Assembly (NCBI GenBank): GCA_027053075.1
Contig: JALUEE010000047.1
Coordinates: 1 to 64,000 of the forward strand
From: a candidate division WOR-3 bacterium
GTDB taxonomy: Bacteria; Hydrothermota; Hydrothermia; B15-G9; WFZT01
Direction: 5' to 3'
Length of the DNA stretch: 64,000 nucleotides
Both the position numbers and the translations under genes were made by a program. Under the pieces are notes generated by a model. The model was given only the letters and a program-made list of their open reading frames with translations. It was not told the origin of the DNA and did no database searches. How positions within the stretch are numbered: position 1 is the first letter of the stretch; the number at the start of each line of letters is the position of its first letter. Shown here piece after piece: positions 51,199-60,651 of this stretch.

Positions 51199-52421
51199 GA
51201 ATTTTCCTCCTGTTTGAACAATCGTTCCATAATTTGCTCTCCTGTAATGAAATCCTCATTCGGATTAAAGTCCTGCCAAATTTGCCCCAAGCGGCGCTTC
51301 ATTTCTTCAAAATCCACTAAACCCGGCTTCACAAAGCCAAAGGTGCGGCGTGCTTCTTCTGGATGTTCGAAACTGAACACTTTTTTGCTTACCTGTTGAC
51401 TACCCGCAAGCCAGTGATTAACCTCGTTATCTCGCCAGAAGTTCTGCGCTTGGTTCTTCCGCATATTCCTTCCAATGACAAGATTATATGTACTTTTGGT
51501 GAACGATTGCCTTGCCAGATACCGTCCTTTCACGAACCAGAAGTTTTGCAACGAGGCCCAGGCAAAATCTTGGTCGTTAAAGCTCTTTCGCCACCGTTCC
51601 TGTTTTACATATGCTTCTGCTTGCTGCAGAGTGCAGCCAACTCCTTGAGGCCGCTCCTCAACCGTGATGAGCCCGAAATCCTGATGGTGTCTCTTTCCGG
51701 CCCAAGCATTGATCTCCCGAGTTTCATTGTCCCTTCGCACTTTGATTTTGAGAGGTTCACCATGCGGTTTTCCACTAAGGAGGTTTTCAAGGTCAAGAAG
51801 ACGAGTCACCAATGTGCTATCAACTTCCAGGATTACATCGCCTTCTTGTAACTGGAGCCCCCGCCGACTGTGTCGCACTTTTATCTGCCCGCTTGAATCG
51901 TCCAGATCATCGGCGCCAAGATCAGCGATTCCCCATTCATCTGACGGCTTGAACACCGTTTTCCCACCCAAGGCCCCGTATTCGGCAATAAGGTGGATGG
52001 TTGCATCCAGCAGACACCATTCTTCTGGATGAATAGGTCGCAAAGGGATGAAGCGTAGGATAAAAATATTACTCCCGTTGTCGTCATTATCTACCTTGAT
52101 CTGATTTTGGATGACCTTTTTTCCATATTTGTCCACCACCATAAGCCGGAACTTGCGTGCCCAACCAGTGCAACCGAAAAGTTCACAAACCACGCAATGG
52201 TGGCCAGGTTCATGTGGCTGTTTGTTAGGAGCTGGGCAACGAATTTCCGACGCCGTCGGGTCACAAGCCTTCCCACCCAATCCTCGAACTAACACCTCGA
52301 ACCACCAGCGAAGTGAACCCATTATACCGGTCAAGATCGTTCTTTCCCCACGCCTTGAAGCATCCCCTGTGAATATCGGGGTTAGCGCTTTTAACTTCCA
52401 TTCCTCCCATTCTTTACTCAT
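51195..52421 (-). CDS. cmr1: Type III-C RAMP Cmr1 with PDZ-like insertion
   Basis: LTPIFTG, GSLRWWFE, CELFGCTGW, YGALGGK. Confidence 0.85.
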   Translation of the reverse strand: MSKEWEEWKLKALTPIFTGDASRRGERTILTGIMGSLRWWFEVLVRGLGGKACDPTASEIRCPAPNKQPHEPGHHCVVCELFGCTGWARKFRLMVVDKYGKKVIQNQIKVDNDDNGSNIFILRFIPLRPIHPEEWCLLDATIHLIAEYGALGGKTVFKPSDEWGIADLGADDLDDSSGQIKVRHSRRGLQLQEGDVILEVDSTLVTRLLDLENLLSGKPHGEPLKIKVRRDNETREINAWAGKRHHQDFGLITVEERPQGVGCTLQQAEAYVKQERWRKSFNDQDFAWASLQNFWFVKGRYLARQSFTKSTYNLVIGRNMRKNQAQNFWRDNEVNHWLAGSQQVSKKVFSFEHPEEARRTFGFVKPGLVDFEEMKRRLGQIWQDFNPNEDFITGEQIMERLFKQEENS

Positions 52422-52543
52422 TAGGATATCTCCATTTTTAAAATAACCTGTAAGGACAAGAGAATAACGGTTTCATCAGGAAATAAGCATTTCGGGTATA
52501 GGGAATCATGGCTGTAGAAATTCAAGAGATAAAAAGTCTCTGT

Positions 52544-52660
52544 GAACCAGAATCTCATTGCGCCTCTTATCGAGGCGGGGCGGAGTTCGGGCTCACCCTC
52601 TGGGTCAGCTCCGCCCATAAACATTGGGGTTAAGACTTTTAGTTTGAAGGTGGTTTTCAT
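52544..52660 (-). pseudogene. cmr1: Truncated III-B-like cmr1 (first ~39 codons)
   Basis: MKTTFKLKVLTPMFMGGAD...ELRPASIRGAMRFWF, then similarity is lost; own RBS. Confidence 0.85.
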
Positions 52661-52697
52661 AGTCCCTCCTTACCCATTCGCAAAGAATGGGATTTTG

Positions 52698-53456
52698 TTA
52701 ATCCTTATTTCTCACCACTTCGATCATGCCGAAGCCCTGGCTGTTTTTGGCTCCCAGGCCCGCATTGTAAGCAAGCATAAACCAGGGCTCGGGCAGGCTT
52801 AATTCATATATTCCTACCCAACCCTTAACAATGACGCCTTTAAACTTCGTTATTATCTCGTTGTGCTTCTTAACCTTTACGGGCTTTATATACCCCTCAA
52901 TTGGTGGGATGTCGTTTTTGGAGAAGTAAGCTTTGGCCTTGCGACGGAGGTTATCAAAGATCAATTCTTCAAATTCTTTCTCGAAGGGACTAAAGTAATA
53001 GGTCTTTCTCTGTCCATCGGACGTGTATAAAGTTCGATAAACTGTTATCGGAGAGATTGCTTTAATTTTCATAGGTCCCGAGAGTTTGAAAGGTCTCTCA
53101 ACCTCAATTGATACGAGATTGCATTTAGCTGAGCCGATTCTTACCACCCCTTCCTTAACCAGTGTAGCTGCGAAAGATTCGAGAATCTCAATATCAACAG
53201 ATGAAATCTTAAACCAAACTCGCCCCTCAAAAATCAGCTTTTTGCTTATCGGATCATACCTTCTATTTTCACCGAAGAGTCTTGAGAAGGTGTATAACTT
53301 GAATCTTCTCTTTCCAAATTGGTAGCCTTCATCATGTACCCATTCAGCGAGCTTCTCTTTGATGTTGTTGAGGATAAAACTCTGGATGATGTGGTTGTAA
53401 TTGACGGAGATTCTAAGGATTCCGTTCTCTGGCTCAAATTTTACAATTAATCTCAA
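52698..53456 (-). CDS. cas6: CRISPR endoribonuclease Cas6
   Basis: YNHIIQ, HDEG, FKLYTFSRL, GLGAKNSQGFG. Confidence 0.95.
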   Translation of the reverse strand: MRLIVKFEPENGILRISVNYNHIIQSFILNNIKEKLAEWVHDEGYQFGKRRFKLYTFSRLFGENRRYDPISKKLIFEGRVWFKISSVDIEILESFAATLVKEGVVRIGSAKCNLVSIEVERPFKLSGPMKIKAISPITVYRTLYTSDGQRKTYYFSPFEKEFEELIFDNLRRKAKAYFSKNDIPPIEGYIKPVKVKKHNEIITKFKGVIVKGWVGIYELSLPEPWFMLAYNAGLGAKNSQGFGMIEVVRNKD

Positions 53457-53798
53457 AACATCCTCCTACTTGAAACCTATTTTAATAGTTCGTTAACCGT
53501 ACTTGCAAGTAGCAGGATGACATCGTTGTGAAAAGTTATAAATTGCTGGTTTTGTAGAGATTCTCCATGCGCACGAAGTGGGGGAAAATTTATCAATATA
53601 TTTCAAAGCTTAGCGCTTTATAGTGATCGATAATTCCTATTATTCAAACAAGTTTGATAACGAGTGGACTTTTATGCAAGAAGGCGAATATAATTTCAGT
53701 TTGAAATTGTGTTGGGTAAAGGATGCTTTGAATGTAAACTTACCCTTCATAAGCGTGTATAGGAAAAAATCCCGCGCTGCGGGATAGGAGGTTGTCAG

Positions 53799-55451
53799 AT
53801 GAAAAAATTGTTGCCGGTAATATTATTGGTGAGTACACTATGGAGTTACAAATATGCAGTGGTAATAAAGGGGTCAACTTACAGCAACGATCCTGGGTGG
53901 AGGGCAGTTGCGGACACGCTCATAAATAGACATAACGGCAGGCTTTTTACATGGACATCAAGGGTAACCGATGTGCAGGATTCGTTGAGTGCCTACATGC
54001 CTGATTACATTGCCTTTATTGCCAGACCGGTTATTGAACTGAACGCAAATTTTGTCAGAACCGTATCCACAATGACAAGGGAATTGGACGATGACCCCTA
54101 CGGAGATGCTATCTGGGGAATTGTAACAGGATTTTATGCGGATGATGCCATTCGTGCAGTGACAGTTGATAGTTTAAGAGTAAAAAGCCTTCTCGGTGGG
54201 TTTATCGGCTATACCGGACTTGTCCATCAATCCATTACCACCTCAGTCTCCCAGCATCACAGAATTGTATTTACTTTTCCTGATAGGGCCGTAATTGATA
54301 CTGTTGCAAGTGACCTGTGTCCCACGGACAGAACATATATGCTTGCAGGATATTTGAATAACGGATTCAACGATTCATTACCGGGTCATCCACGCATTGA
54401 GGGACCTGTGGATATGTTTGTAACTTCAGGGCATGCCAATGTAGATGTCTGGCAATTGCATTATCCTGATCCGGACGATGAAGGATACTTCCGGTCAAGA
54501 TTCCCTGGCCAGCTTTATGGTGCTCCCCACAGTGGAGCAGATACTTTAATAAATTCTACCAATCCCAAAGTCTATTATGCCCCGGGGAATTGTTTGATAG
54601 CAAATCCAAGTATGTATGACAACATGGTTTATGCCTGGTTCCACACGGGCGGGGCAATCCAGATGATAGGCTACATAGTGGTAACATGGTATGGATACAT
54701 GGGATGGGGAGTTGGATCATATTTCTTTCAATCTCAGGGAGACTATACCCTTCAGGAATCATTTTTCGCCAACAATCAGTCCCTTGTTTATGATTTACTC
54801 CACGGTACTCCGGGCACTGATTCATCGGGTCTGGCTTATGATAAGGACGCAGTGGTAATATATGGCGATCCTGCGCAACCTGTGAGACTTTATCCGGTAA
54901 GATCACCCCTCTACTCTCAGAGTTTAACTGTCCGTCACGGTTCAACAAGAGATACTTTCGAATACAGAATTACGGTTAATTACGACAGCACCGCTTTAAG
55001 CAGACATCCTATTGGATTCCTGCCCTACAGGATTGACAGCGTCCAAATATTAGAAACTAACGCTGTTGATGCCGTTGTAACAGATAACTTTGTGATGCTG
55101 CACTGCTGGCATTCGGGAATGCAAAGACTGAGTGCGGGTGATCAGAGGTACGTAATATTTACCGGTAAACGAATACCCACACAGGTACAGGAGACACCGG
55201 AACCTGTTCAAATTGATTTCCCTTCAATGGTTACGGGTGAATACTTAACCATTAGATTCGGAAACGTTAGTCAGGGACCCTGGCAACTCAGTGTGTACGG
55301 GTTAGATGGACGTAAAATCCTTAGTCAAAGGTTATTACCCAATAGTGGCACTCGCTTCACTTTGCCATGGAACCTGCCCGCTGGAGTTTACTTTGTGAGG
55401 ATTTACTCAAACACTACAGGAGTGATGAAAAGGGTAATAGTTGTTAGGTAA
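53799..55451 (+). CDS. Secreted protein, possible C25/caspase-fold peptidase, with T9SS-like C-terminal domain
   Basis: Signal peptide, SGHAN and GNC motifs, YGDP, VYGLDGRKI...LPAGVYFVR tail. Confidence 0.65.
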   Translation: MKKLLPVILLVSTLWSYKYAVVIKGSTYSNDPGWRAVADTLINRHNGRLFTWTSRVTDVQDSLSAYMPDYIAFIARPVIELNANFVRTVSTMTRELDDDPYGDAIWGIVTGFYADDAIRAVTVDSLRVKSLLGGFIGYTGLVHQSITTSVSQHHRIVFTFPDRAVIDTVASDLCPTDRTYMLAGYLNNGFNDSLPGHPRIEGPVDMFVTSGHANVDVWQLHYPDPDDEGYFRSRFPGQLYGAPHSGADTLINSTNPKVYYAPGNCLIANPSMYDNMVYAWFHTGGAIQMIGYIVVTWYGYMGWGVGSYFFQSQGDYTLQESFFANNQSLVYDLLHGTPGTDSSGLAYDKDAVVIYGDPAQPVRLYPVRSPLYSQSLTVRHGSTRDTFEYRITVNYDSTALSRHPIGFLPYRIDSVQILETNAVDAVVTDNFVMLHCWHSGMQRLSAGDQRYVIFTGKRIPTQVQETPEPVQIDFPSMVTGEYLTIRFGNVSQGPWQLSVYGLDGRKILSQRLLPNSGTRFTLPWNLPAGVYFVRIYSNTTGVMKRVIVVR

Positions 55452-55466
55452 CAGGTTATGAAGATG

Positions 55467-56104
55467 GGACCTGTTCGAAAATTTCTTATTGGGCATTAAA
55501 TCTTATTGATATCTTTCACCATTCTCCCCTAACCCCTCCTTCCTCAAGGGAGGAGGGGAATTTGGACTTGCAATGAGCTAAACGTGATAGATGCAGGGTC
55601 AAAAGGGGATCGTCTTGCGAAAGGATTTTCTAACCAACAAAGATATCCACAGAATCTTCCTCTCACCACGTAAATACTTGCGGGGATAGGATTGAGGTGA
55701 GGGGCAACAACTTAATTTTTCAAGATTTCAAGTGGAATGCCCCCTCCCTGAATCCCTCCCCCGCGCATCGCGCGGGGGAGGGGTGCCTTTATGTGTATGC
55801 TACACAAGATTCGCTCGTGAGGGAATGACACTTGCCACATAGACGGAGTTTCAGCTTCCCTGAGTAAATTTTCTTGTGTAGAGAGAAATCAGGGGAGAAT
55901 GGGAAAAATTAACTATCTTTAGGTCGTCTAATAGAGCGATATTCCTAAACATGCATAAAATACCAATAAATTTATCCATTCCACCCCACCCCTCCCTTCC
56001 AAAGGAAGGGAGGGAGTTTTGCTACTTGTCGTGCCTGGAGAAAGTTGTTTAACATCACTTCCATACGCTACATAATAGCAAGGGGGACATTTTTGAACAG
56101 GCTC
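55467..56104. mobile_element. Composite MITE-like region
   Basis: GGACCTGTTCGAAAAT / TTTTGAACAGGCTC ends; internal hairpin modules shared with the 30351 and 58331 elements; no TSD seen. Confidence 0.6.
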
Positions 56105-56241
56105 ATCCTGTATGGCAAACTCTTAGGGATAGCTTCCGATTCTTTTCTACTTCGAAATTTCAAACCCTGCTTGACATTCTTCCCTCTCTTATTCCATCAA
56201 CAGGGAAAAGAAACTTTCATAAATTCAAGTTTCTGACCCTA

Positions 56242-58272
56242 TCAGCTTACTTTTGTGCCGGGTGGAACTTCTTTGTCTGGATGCAGAAGTACTACGTTGC
56301 CGTCCTTGTCCACAGCGGCAAGTATCATTCCCTGTGAAAGTATGCCCCTTATTTTCCTTGGCTCTAAATTGGCAAGAACCGGGAGCTCCTTACCCACAAC
56401 ATCCTCAGGACTGTAAAACTTAGCAATTCCGGCCACGAGGGTTATGACTTTATCCCCGAGGTCAACCTTGAGCTTCAAAAGCCTGTCCGCTCCCTCTACC
56501 TTTTCCGCTTCAAGGATTTTCCCGATTCTAATATCCAACTTTGCAAACTCATCATACGAAATCTTTTTCTCTTCCACCTCTTTCTCCTCCTTCTGTGGCT
56601 CAGGCTTTTTGAGCCTTGACTTCAATTTGTTTACCTCGGCTTCTATCTTTTCATCAGAGATTTTCCTGTACAGAATCTCTATCTCACCAAGCTCAAGTCC
56701 CGCTGGCAAATCCAGCTTCCCAGCATCCTCCCACGTAAGCCTGTCTTTAATATTCAGCATCTGCCTTATCTTTTGAGCCCCAAATGGGATAAATGGCTCC
56801 GCAAGAACGGACAGGGTTTTCACCAGCGAAGCGCACAGGTAAAGGGTTCTTGCCGTCTCCTCAGCATCGGTTTTCCTTGTTACCCAGGGTTTCTTGTAGT
56901 CAAAATATCTGTTGGCAAGGTTGGAGAGGTCGAGAACCTCACGCAAGGCCTTCCTCATTTCAAATTTTTCAAGGAGTGCCCCCACTTTCCCGGGTGCCTC
57001 TTCGATAGCTTTAATGACCTCAAGGTCCATATCTTTGAAATTCTTTGCCTCAGGAATTCTGCCACCGAGGTAATTCTTGATAAAGCTCAGGGTTCTATTC
57101 ACAAAATTGCCGAAATTATCCGCGAGCTCCGAATTCACCCTCTGCTGAAATTCATAAAAATTAAAATCCGAATCCTTGTATTCAGGAAGTGAAAATGCCA
57201 GTCCGAATCTCACATAATCGGGGCCAAACGCATCCACAAACTCGGGAATCCAGATTGCCCAGCCCCGGGAGGTTGAAATCTTGTCTCCCATCAAGTTCAT
57301 GAACTCGTTGGCCGGGACGTTATCCGGGAGCACAAAGTCACCGTGTGCCATAAGCATGGCAGGCCACACGATGGCATGGAAGACAATGTTATCCTTCCCT
57401 ATGAAATGGATGAGCCTGGTTTTGGGGTCAAGCCAGTAATCCTTCCATTTGTTGGGCTGACCAATCTTTTCGGCCCATTCCTTTGTGGAAGAAATGTAGC
57501 CGATGGGGGCATCAAACCACACGTAGAGCACCTTCCCTTTGGCTTCAGGCAGGGGAACCGGCACACCCCACTCAAGGTCACGGGTAATGGCACGGTCTTT
57601 GAGTCCCTCCTTAATCCAGCCGAGGGCTGTGTTTTTAACGTTTTCCTTCCAGTCTTTTGACTCGAGCCATTTTCTTAAAGGCTCAGCAAATGCGGAGAGT
57701 TTGAAATAGTAGTGATAGGTCTTTTTAATTACAGGAGTGGTTCCACAGATGGCACATTTGGGATCAATGAGCTCCGTGGGCTCAAGCCATCTGCCGCATT
57801 TCTCACATTGATCACCCCGAGCATGGGGGTAACCGCAATACGGACAGGTTCCAACAACATACCTATCCGGCAGGAATCTTTTACATTTTGGGCAGTAAAA
57901 TTGCTCGATGTCCTTTTTGTAAATGTAACCCTTCTCATAGATTCTCAGGAAAAAGTCCTGTGAGGTTTTATAATGCACGGGTTTTGTGGTTCTTGAAAAA
58001 TTATCAAAAGAAATGCCTAATTTATCGAAGCTGTTTTTGATGTCTTTGTAGTAGTAGTCAACCAATTCTTTTGGAGTTATGCCCTGCTTTTCGGCCGCGA
58101 TAGTAATTGCAACTCCGTGCTCGTCTGTGCCGCAGATATAGACAACGTCGTCGCCTTTGAGTCTCTTATATCTAACATAGATGTCAGCGGGGAGATAGGC
58201 CCCGGCAATATGACCAATGTGAAGGGGACCATTGGCATAGGGTAAAGCGCTTGTAACGAGTAATTTTTCCAT
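56242..58272 (-). CDS. metG: Methionine--tRNA ligase with C-terminal tRNA-binding domain
   Basis: ALPYANGPLHIGH, GTDEHG, Zn knuckles, KISTS, SQGMILAA. Confidence 0.98.
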   Translation of the reverse strand: MEKLLVTSALPYANGPLHIGHIAGAYLPADIYVRYKRLKGDDVVYICGTDEHGVAITIAAEKQGITPKELVDYYYKDIKNSFDKLGISFDNFSRTTKPVHYKTSQDFFLRIYEKGYIYKKDIEQFYCPKCKRFLPDRYVVGTCPYCGYPHARGDQCEKCGRWLEPTELIDPKCAICGTTPVIKKTYHYYFKLSAFAEPLRKWLESKDWKENVKNTALGWIKEGLKDRAITRDLEWGVPVPLPEAKGKVLYVWFDAPIGYISSTKEWAEKIGQPNKWKDYWLDPKTRLIHFIGKDNIVFHAIVWPAMLMAHGDFVLPDNVPANEFMNLMGDKISTSRGWAIWIPEFVDAFGPDYVRFGLAFSLPEYKDSDFNFYEFQQRVNSELADNFGNFVNRTLSFIKNYLGGRIPEAKNFKDMDLEVIKAIEEAPGKVGALLEKFEMRKALREVLDLSNLANRYFDYKKPWVTRKTDAEETARTLYLCASLVKTLSVLAEPFIPFGAQKIRQMLNIKDRLTWEDAGKLDLPAGLELGEIEILYRKISDEKIEAEVNKLKSRLKKPEPQKEEKEVEEKKISYDEFAKLDIRIGKILEAEKVEGADRLLKLKVDLGDKVITLVAGIAKFYSPEDVVGKELPVLANLEPRKIRGILSQGMILAAVDKDGNVVLLHPDKEVPPGTKVS

Positions 58273-58330
58273 TTGACCACTCCTTTGGGGGTTAATTATA
58301 GCTTTTAAGCGAGGTTATTTCAATTGAGTG

Positions 58331-58532
58331 GGACCCACTCGAAAATGTTATCCCACCTTTTTGTTACGCACGTAGTGCACTGGGACCTTTTCAAGAAATC
58401 CAGAGATATTTCACCATCCCTTCCTTGGGAAAGGGATGGCCGGGGTGGAATGGGTGGCCAACAAAATTTCAGAATTATCCATTTGTCCCCATTCTCCCCT
58501 GACCCCTCCTTCCTGAGGAAGGAGGGGAAATT
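58331..58532. mobile_element. Diverged copy of the 30351 MITE
   Basis: Collinear similarity: CGAAAATGTTATCCC, GGGGTGGAATGGG, CCATTCTCCCCT..CCTCCTTCC..GGAGGGG. Confidence 0.65.
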
Positions 58533-58635
58533 CCGGGATTGATTTATGGAACGTATGCTTGTTGATAAAACGGTAGGATAATCTCGCGGTCTTGTATGGG
58601 AAGGAAATTTTTTGAGGGGGTTTATTTTAGAGGGG

Positions 58636-58662
58636 GGGGCGCGCCGCGAAGCGGCGCGCCCC
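58636..58662. repeat. GAA-triloop palindrome, possible terminator of argG
   Basis: GGGGCGCGCCGC-GAA-GCGGCGCGCCCC. Confidence 0.8.
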
Positions 58663-58699
58663 ACTCAAAAAATCTATCCTTGAAAGGAGGCAGTGCGGG

Positions 58700-59878
58700 C
58701 TAATTCTCGTAAAGCACCAGTTCAAGACCAAAAATCTTTATAAATCCCTCTGATGCCTTATGGTCAAATTTATCTCCTTCACTGTAGGTCGCAAGCTCCT
58801 TCCTGTAAATCGCTTTGGGTGATTTGCGACCCACAATCTGCATGCTTCCTTTATAAAACTTCAACCTCACGGTGCCTGTTACATGCTCCTGAGTCTTCTC
58901 CATAAAGGCATCAAGCGCCTCCTTCATGGGCGAGAACCATTTCCCGAAATAAACAAGCCGGGCATAATAGTTTGATAGATTCTGCTTCAGGAAAATCAAA
59001 TCCTTTGGCAATGTTAGAAATTCCAGAGCTTTGTGAGCCTCGATGAGACTCAGGGCTCCCGGGGCTTCGTAAACCTCTCTTGACTTAATTCCCACAAGTC
59101 TGCTTTCAATATGATCAATTCTACCATATCCATTCTCACCACCCACTTTGTTCAGGTATTCGATAATCTCCAGGAATGACTTTTTCTCACTGTTTATCCC
59201 AACAGGCACACCTTTTTCAAATTCTACTTCAACATAAGTGGGCTCATCTGGGGCCTTTTCAGGGGCGACAGTCATCAGGAATGCGTCCTCCGGGGGTTCG
59301 ACGTACGGGTCTTCAAGGACTCCCGCTTCAATGGACCTACCCCAGATATTGAAGTCTATGGAATACGGGCTCTTTTTAGTCACTGGAATAGGGACACCCT
59401 TCTCTTTTGCATAGTCAATGAGCTCATCACGTGAAAATTGCCACTCTCTTATGGGAGCTATGACCTTTAGGTGTGGAGCGAGGATATTGAAGGAAACATC
59501 AAACCTCACCTGATCATTTCCCTTTCCTGTGCATCCATGCGCAACTGCCACAGCATTTTCCTTTTCTGCAACTTCGACAAGAGTTTTTGCAATCAGTGGA
59601 CGGGAAAGTGAGCTTATAAGGGGATAAACCCCTTCATAAAGGGCATTTGCCTTGAGCGCTGGTAGAACATACTCGTTGACAAATTCTTCCTTTTTATCAA
59701 AGACATAAACTTTTTTAGCACCGATCTTGTAGGCTTTCTCTTTTATCTCCTCAAGGTCTTCACCCTGCCCAACGTCTATTGTGACGGCAATCACACCGTA
59801 CCCGTACTTGTCCTGAATCCATTTGATGGCTGTTGAGGTATCGAGACCTCCTGAGTATGCAAGCACTACATCACCCAT
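58700..59878 (-). CDS. argG: Argininosuccinate synthase
   Basis: AYSGGLDTS, HGCTGKGNDQVRF, GIKSREVYE. Confidence 0.98.
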   Translation of the reverse strand: MGDVVLAYSGGLDTSTAIKWIQDKYGYGVIAVTIDVGQGEDLEEIKEKAYKIGAKKVYVFDKKEEFVNEYVLPALKANALYEGVYPLISSLSRPLIAKTLVEVAEKENAVAVAHGCTGKGNDQVRFDVSFNILAPHLKVIAPIREWQFSRDELIDYAKEKGVPIPVTKKSPYSIDFNIWGRSIEAGVLEDPYVEPPEDAFLMTVAPEKAPDEPTYVEVEFEKGVPVGINSEKKSFLEIIEYLNKVGGENGYGRIDHIESRLVGIKSREVYEAPGALSLIEAHKALEFLTLPKDLIFLKQNLSNYYARLVYFGKWFSPMKEALDAFMEKTQEHVTGTVRLKFYKGSMQIVGRKSPKAIYRKELATYSEGDKFDHKASEGFIKIFGLELVLYEN

Positions 59879-60651
59879 GTATAACTCCTCCTTATCGTAG
59901 TTCCTTTTTCCATGTGGATTATCTGATTTTTTATGGACCCCGCACCGGTCCAGTTGATGATGTGAACAAACTCTGTGCCAAGCAAAAGTGAAGTTCTGGC
60001 GGCCTCCAACTTTGGAATCATGCCACCGGTTATGAAATCTGACTTTGCGATTTTTTCAATTTCATGAAGGGTGATTGTGTCTATAACCTCTCCTTTATCG
60101 TCAATGATACCCGGGACATCTGTGATGAGGAATAGATGATCTGCATTCACCGTCCCCGCTATGTGGGAAGCAACCGTGTCCGCGTTGATATTCAAAGAAT
60201 TGCCAAAGGGGTCTGTTCCCACAGGTGCGACAACAGGAACGTAGCCTGCTTTGAGGATGTTTTCAAGGATTGCGGTGTTTAAGCGTCTTATTTTCCCAAC
60301 AAAGCCAAGCTCCGGATTTAGGATGTCTGCTTCAATGAAGTTCCCATCCTTTCCGGAGATACCAATTGCCGAGACTCCTGCCTCCTGAAGAGATGCGACG
60401 AGTCTCTTATTTACTGTGCCGCATAAAACCATTTCAACAACTTTTAGAACTTCCTCAGTTGTGACACGTAGTCCGTTGACAAATTTTGTTTCCACACCGA
60501 GCTTGTCGAGCATCTGGGTAATTTCATTGCCTCCACCGTGAACCACTATGACCTGGTGCCCGTAATGAACAAGTTCAGCGATTTCCTCCGCTATAGGGAG
60601 GAAATTAGCCCGTTTTGTCATTTTGCCTGACACTTTTATTACTATTTTCAT
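59866..60651 (-). CDS. argB: Acetylglutamate kinase
   Basis: VHGGG, GLRVT, NINAD, GGMIPK. Confidence 0.95.
   Translation of the reverse strand: MKIVIKVSGKMTKRANFLPIAEEIAELVHYGHQVIVVHGGGNEITQMLDKLGVETKFVNGLRVTTEEVLKVVEMVLCGTVNKRLVASLQEAGVSAIGISGKDGNFIEADILNPELGFVGKIRRLNTAILENILKAGYVPVVAPVGTDPFGNSLNINADTVASHIAGTVNADHLFLITDVPGIIDDKGEVIDTITLHEIEKIAKSDFITGGMIPKLEAARTSLLLGTEFVHIINWTGAGSIKNQIIHMEKGTTIRRSYTWVM

Noticed and set aside
52421..52660. 79-aa ORF as an intact gene
   Set aside because: Only the first ~39 aa resemble Cmr1; the rest is read-through
55458..56113. Target-site duplication for the 55467 and 17534 elements
   Set aside because: Flanks do not match (ATGAAGATG vs ATCCTGTAT; TAGATTGGG vs TCAAAATAT)
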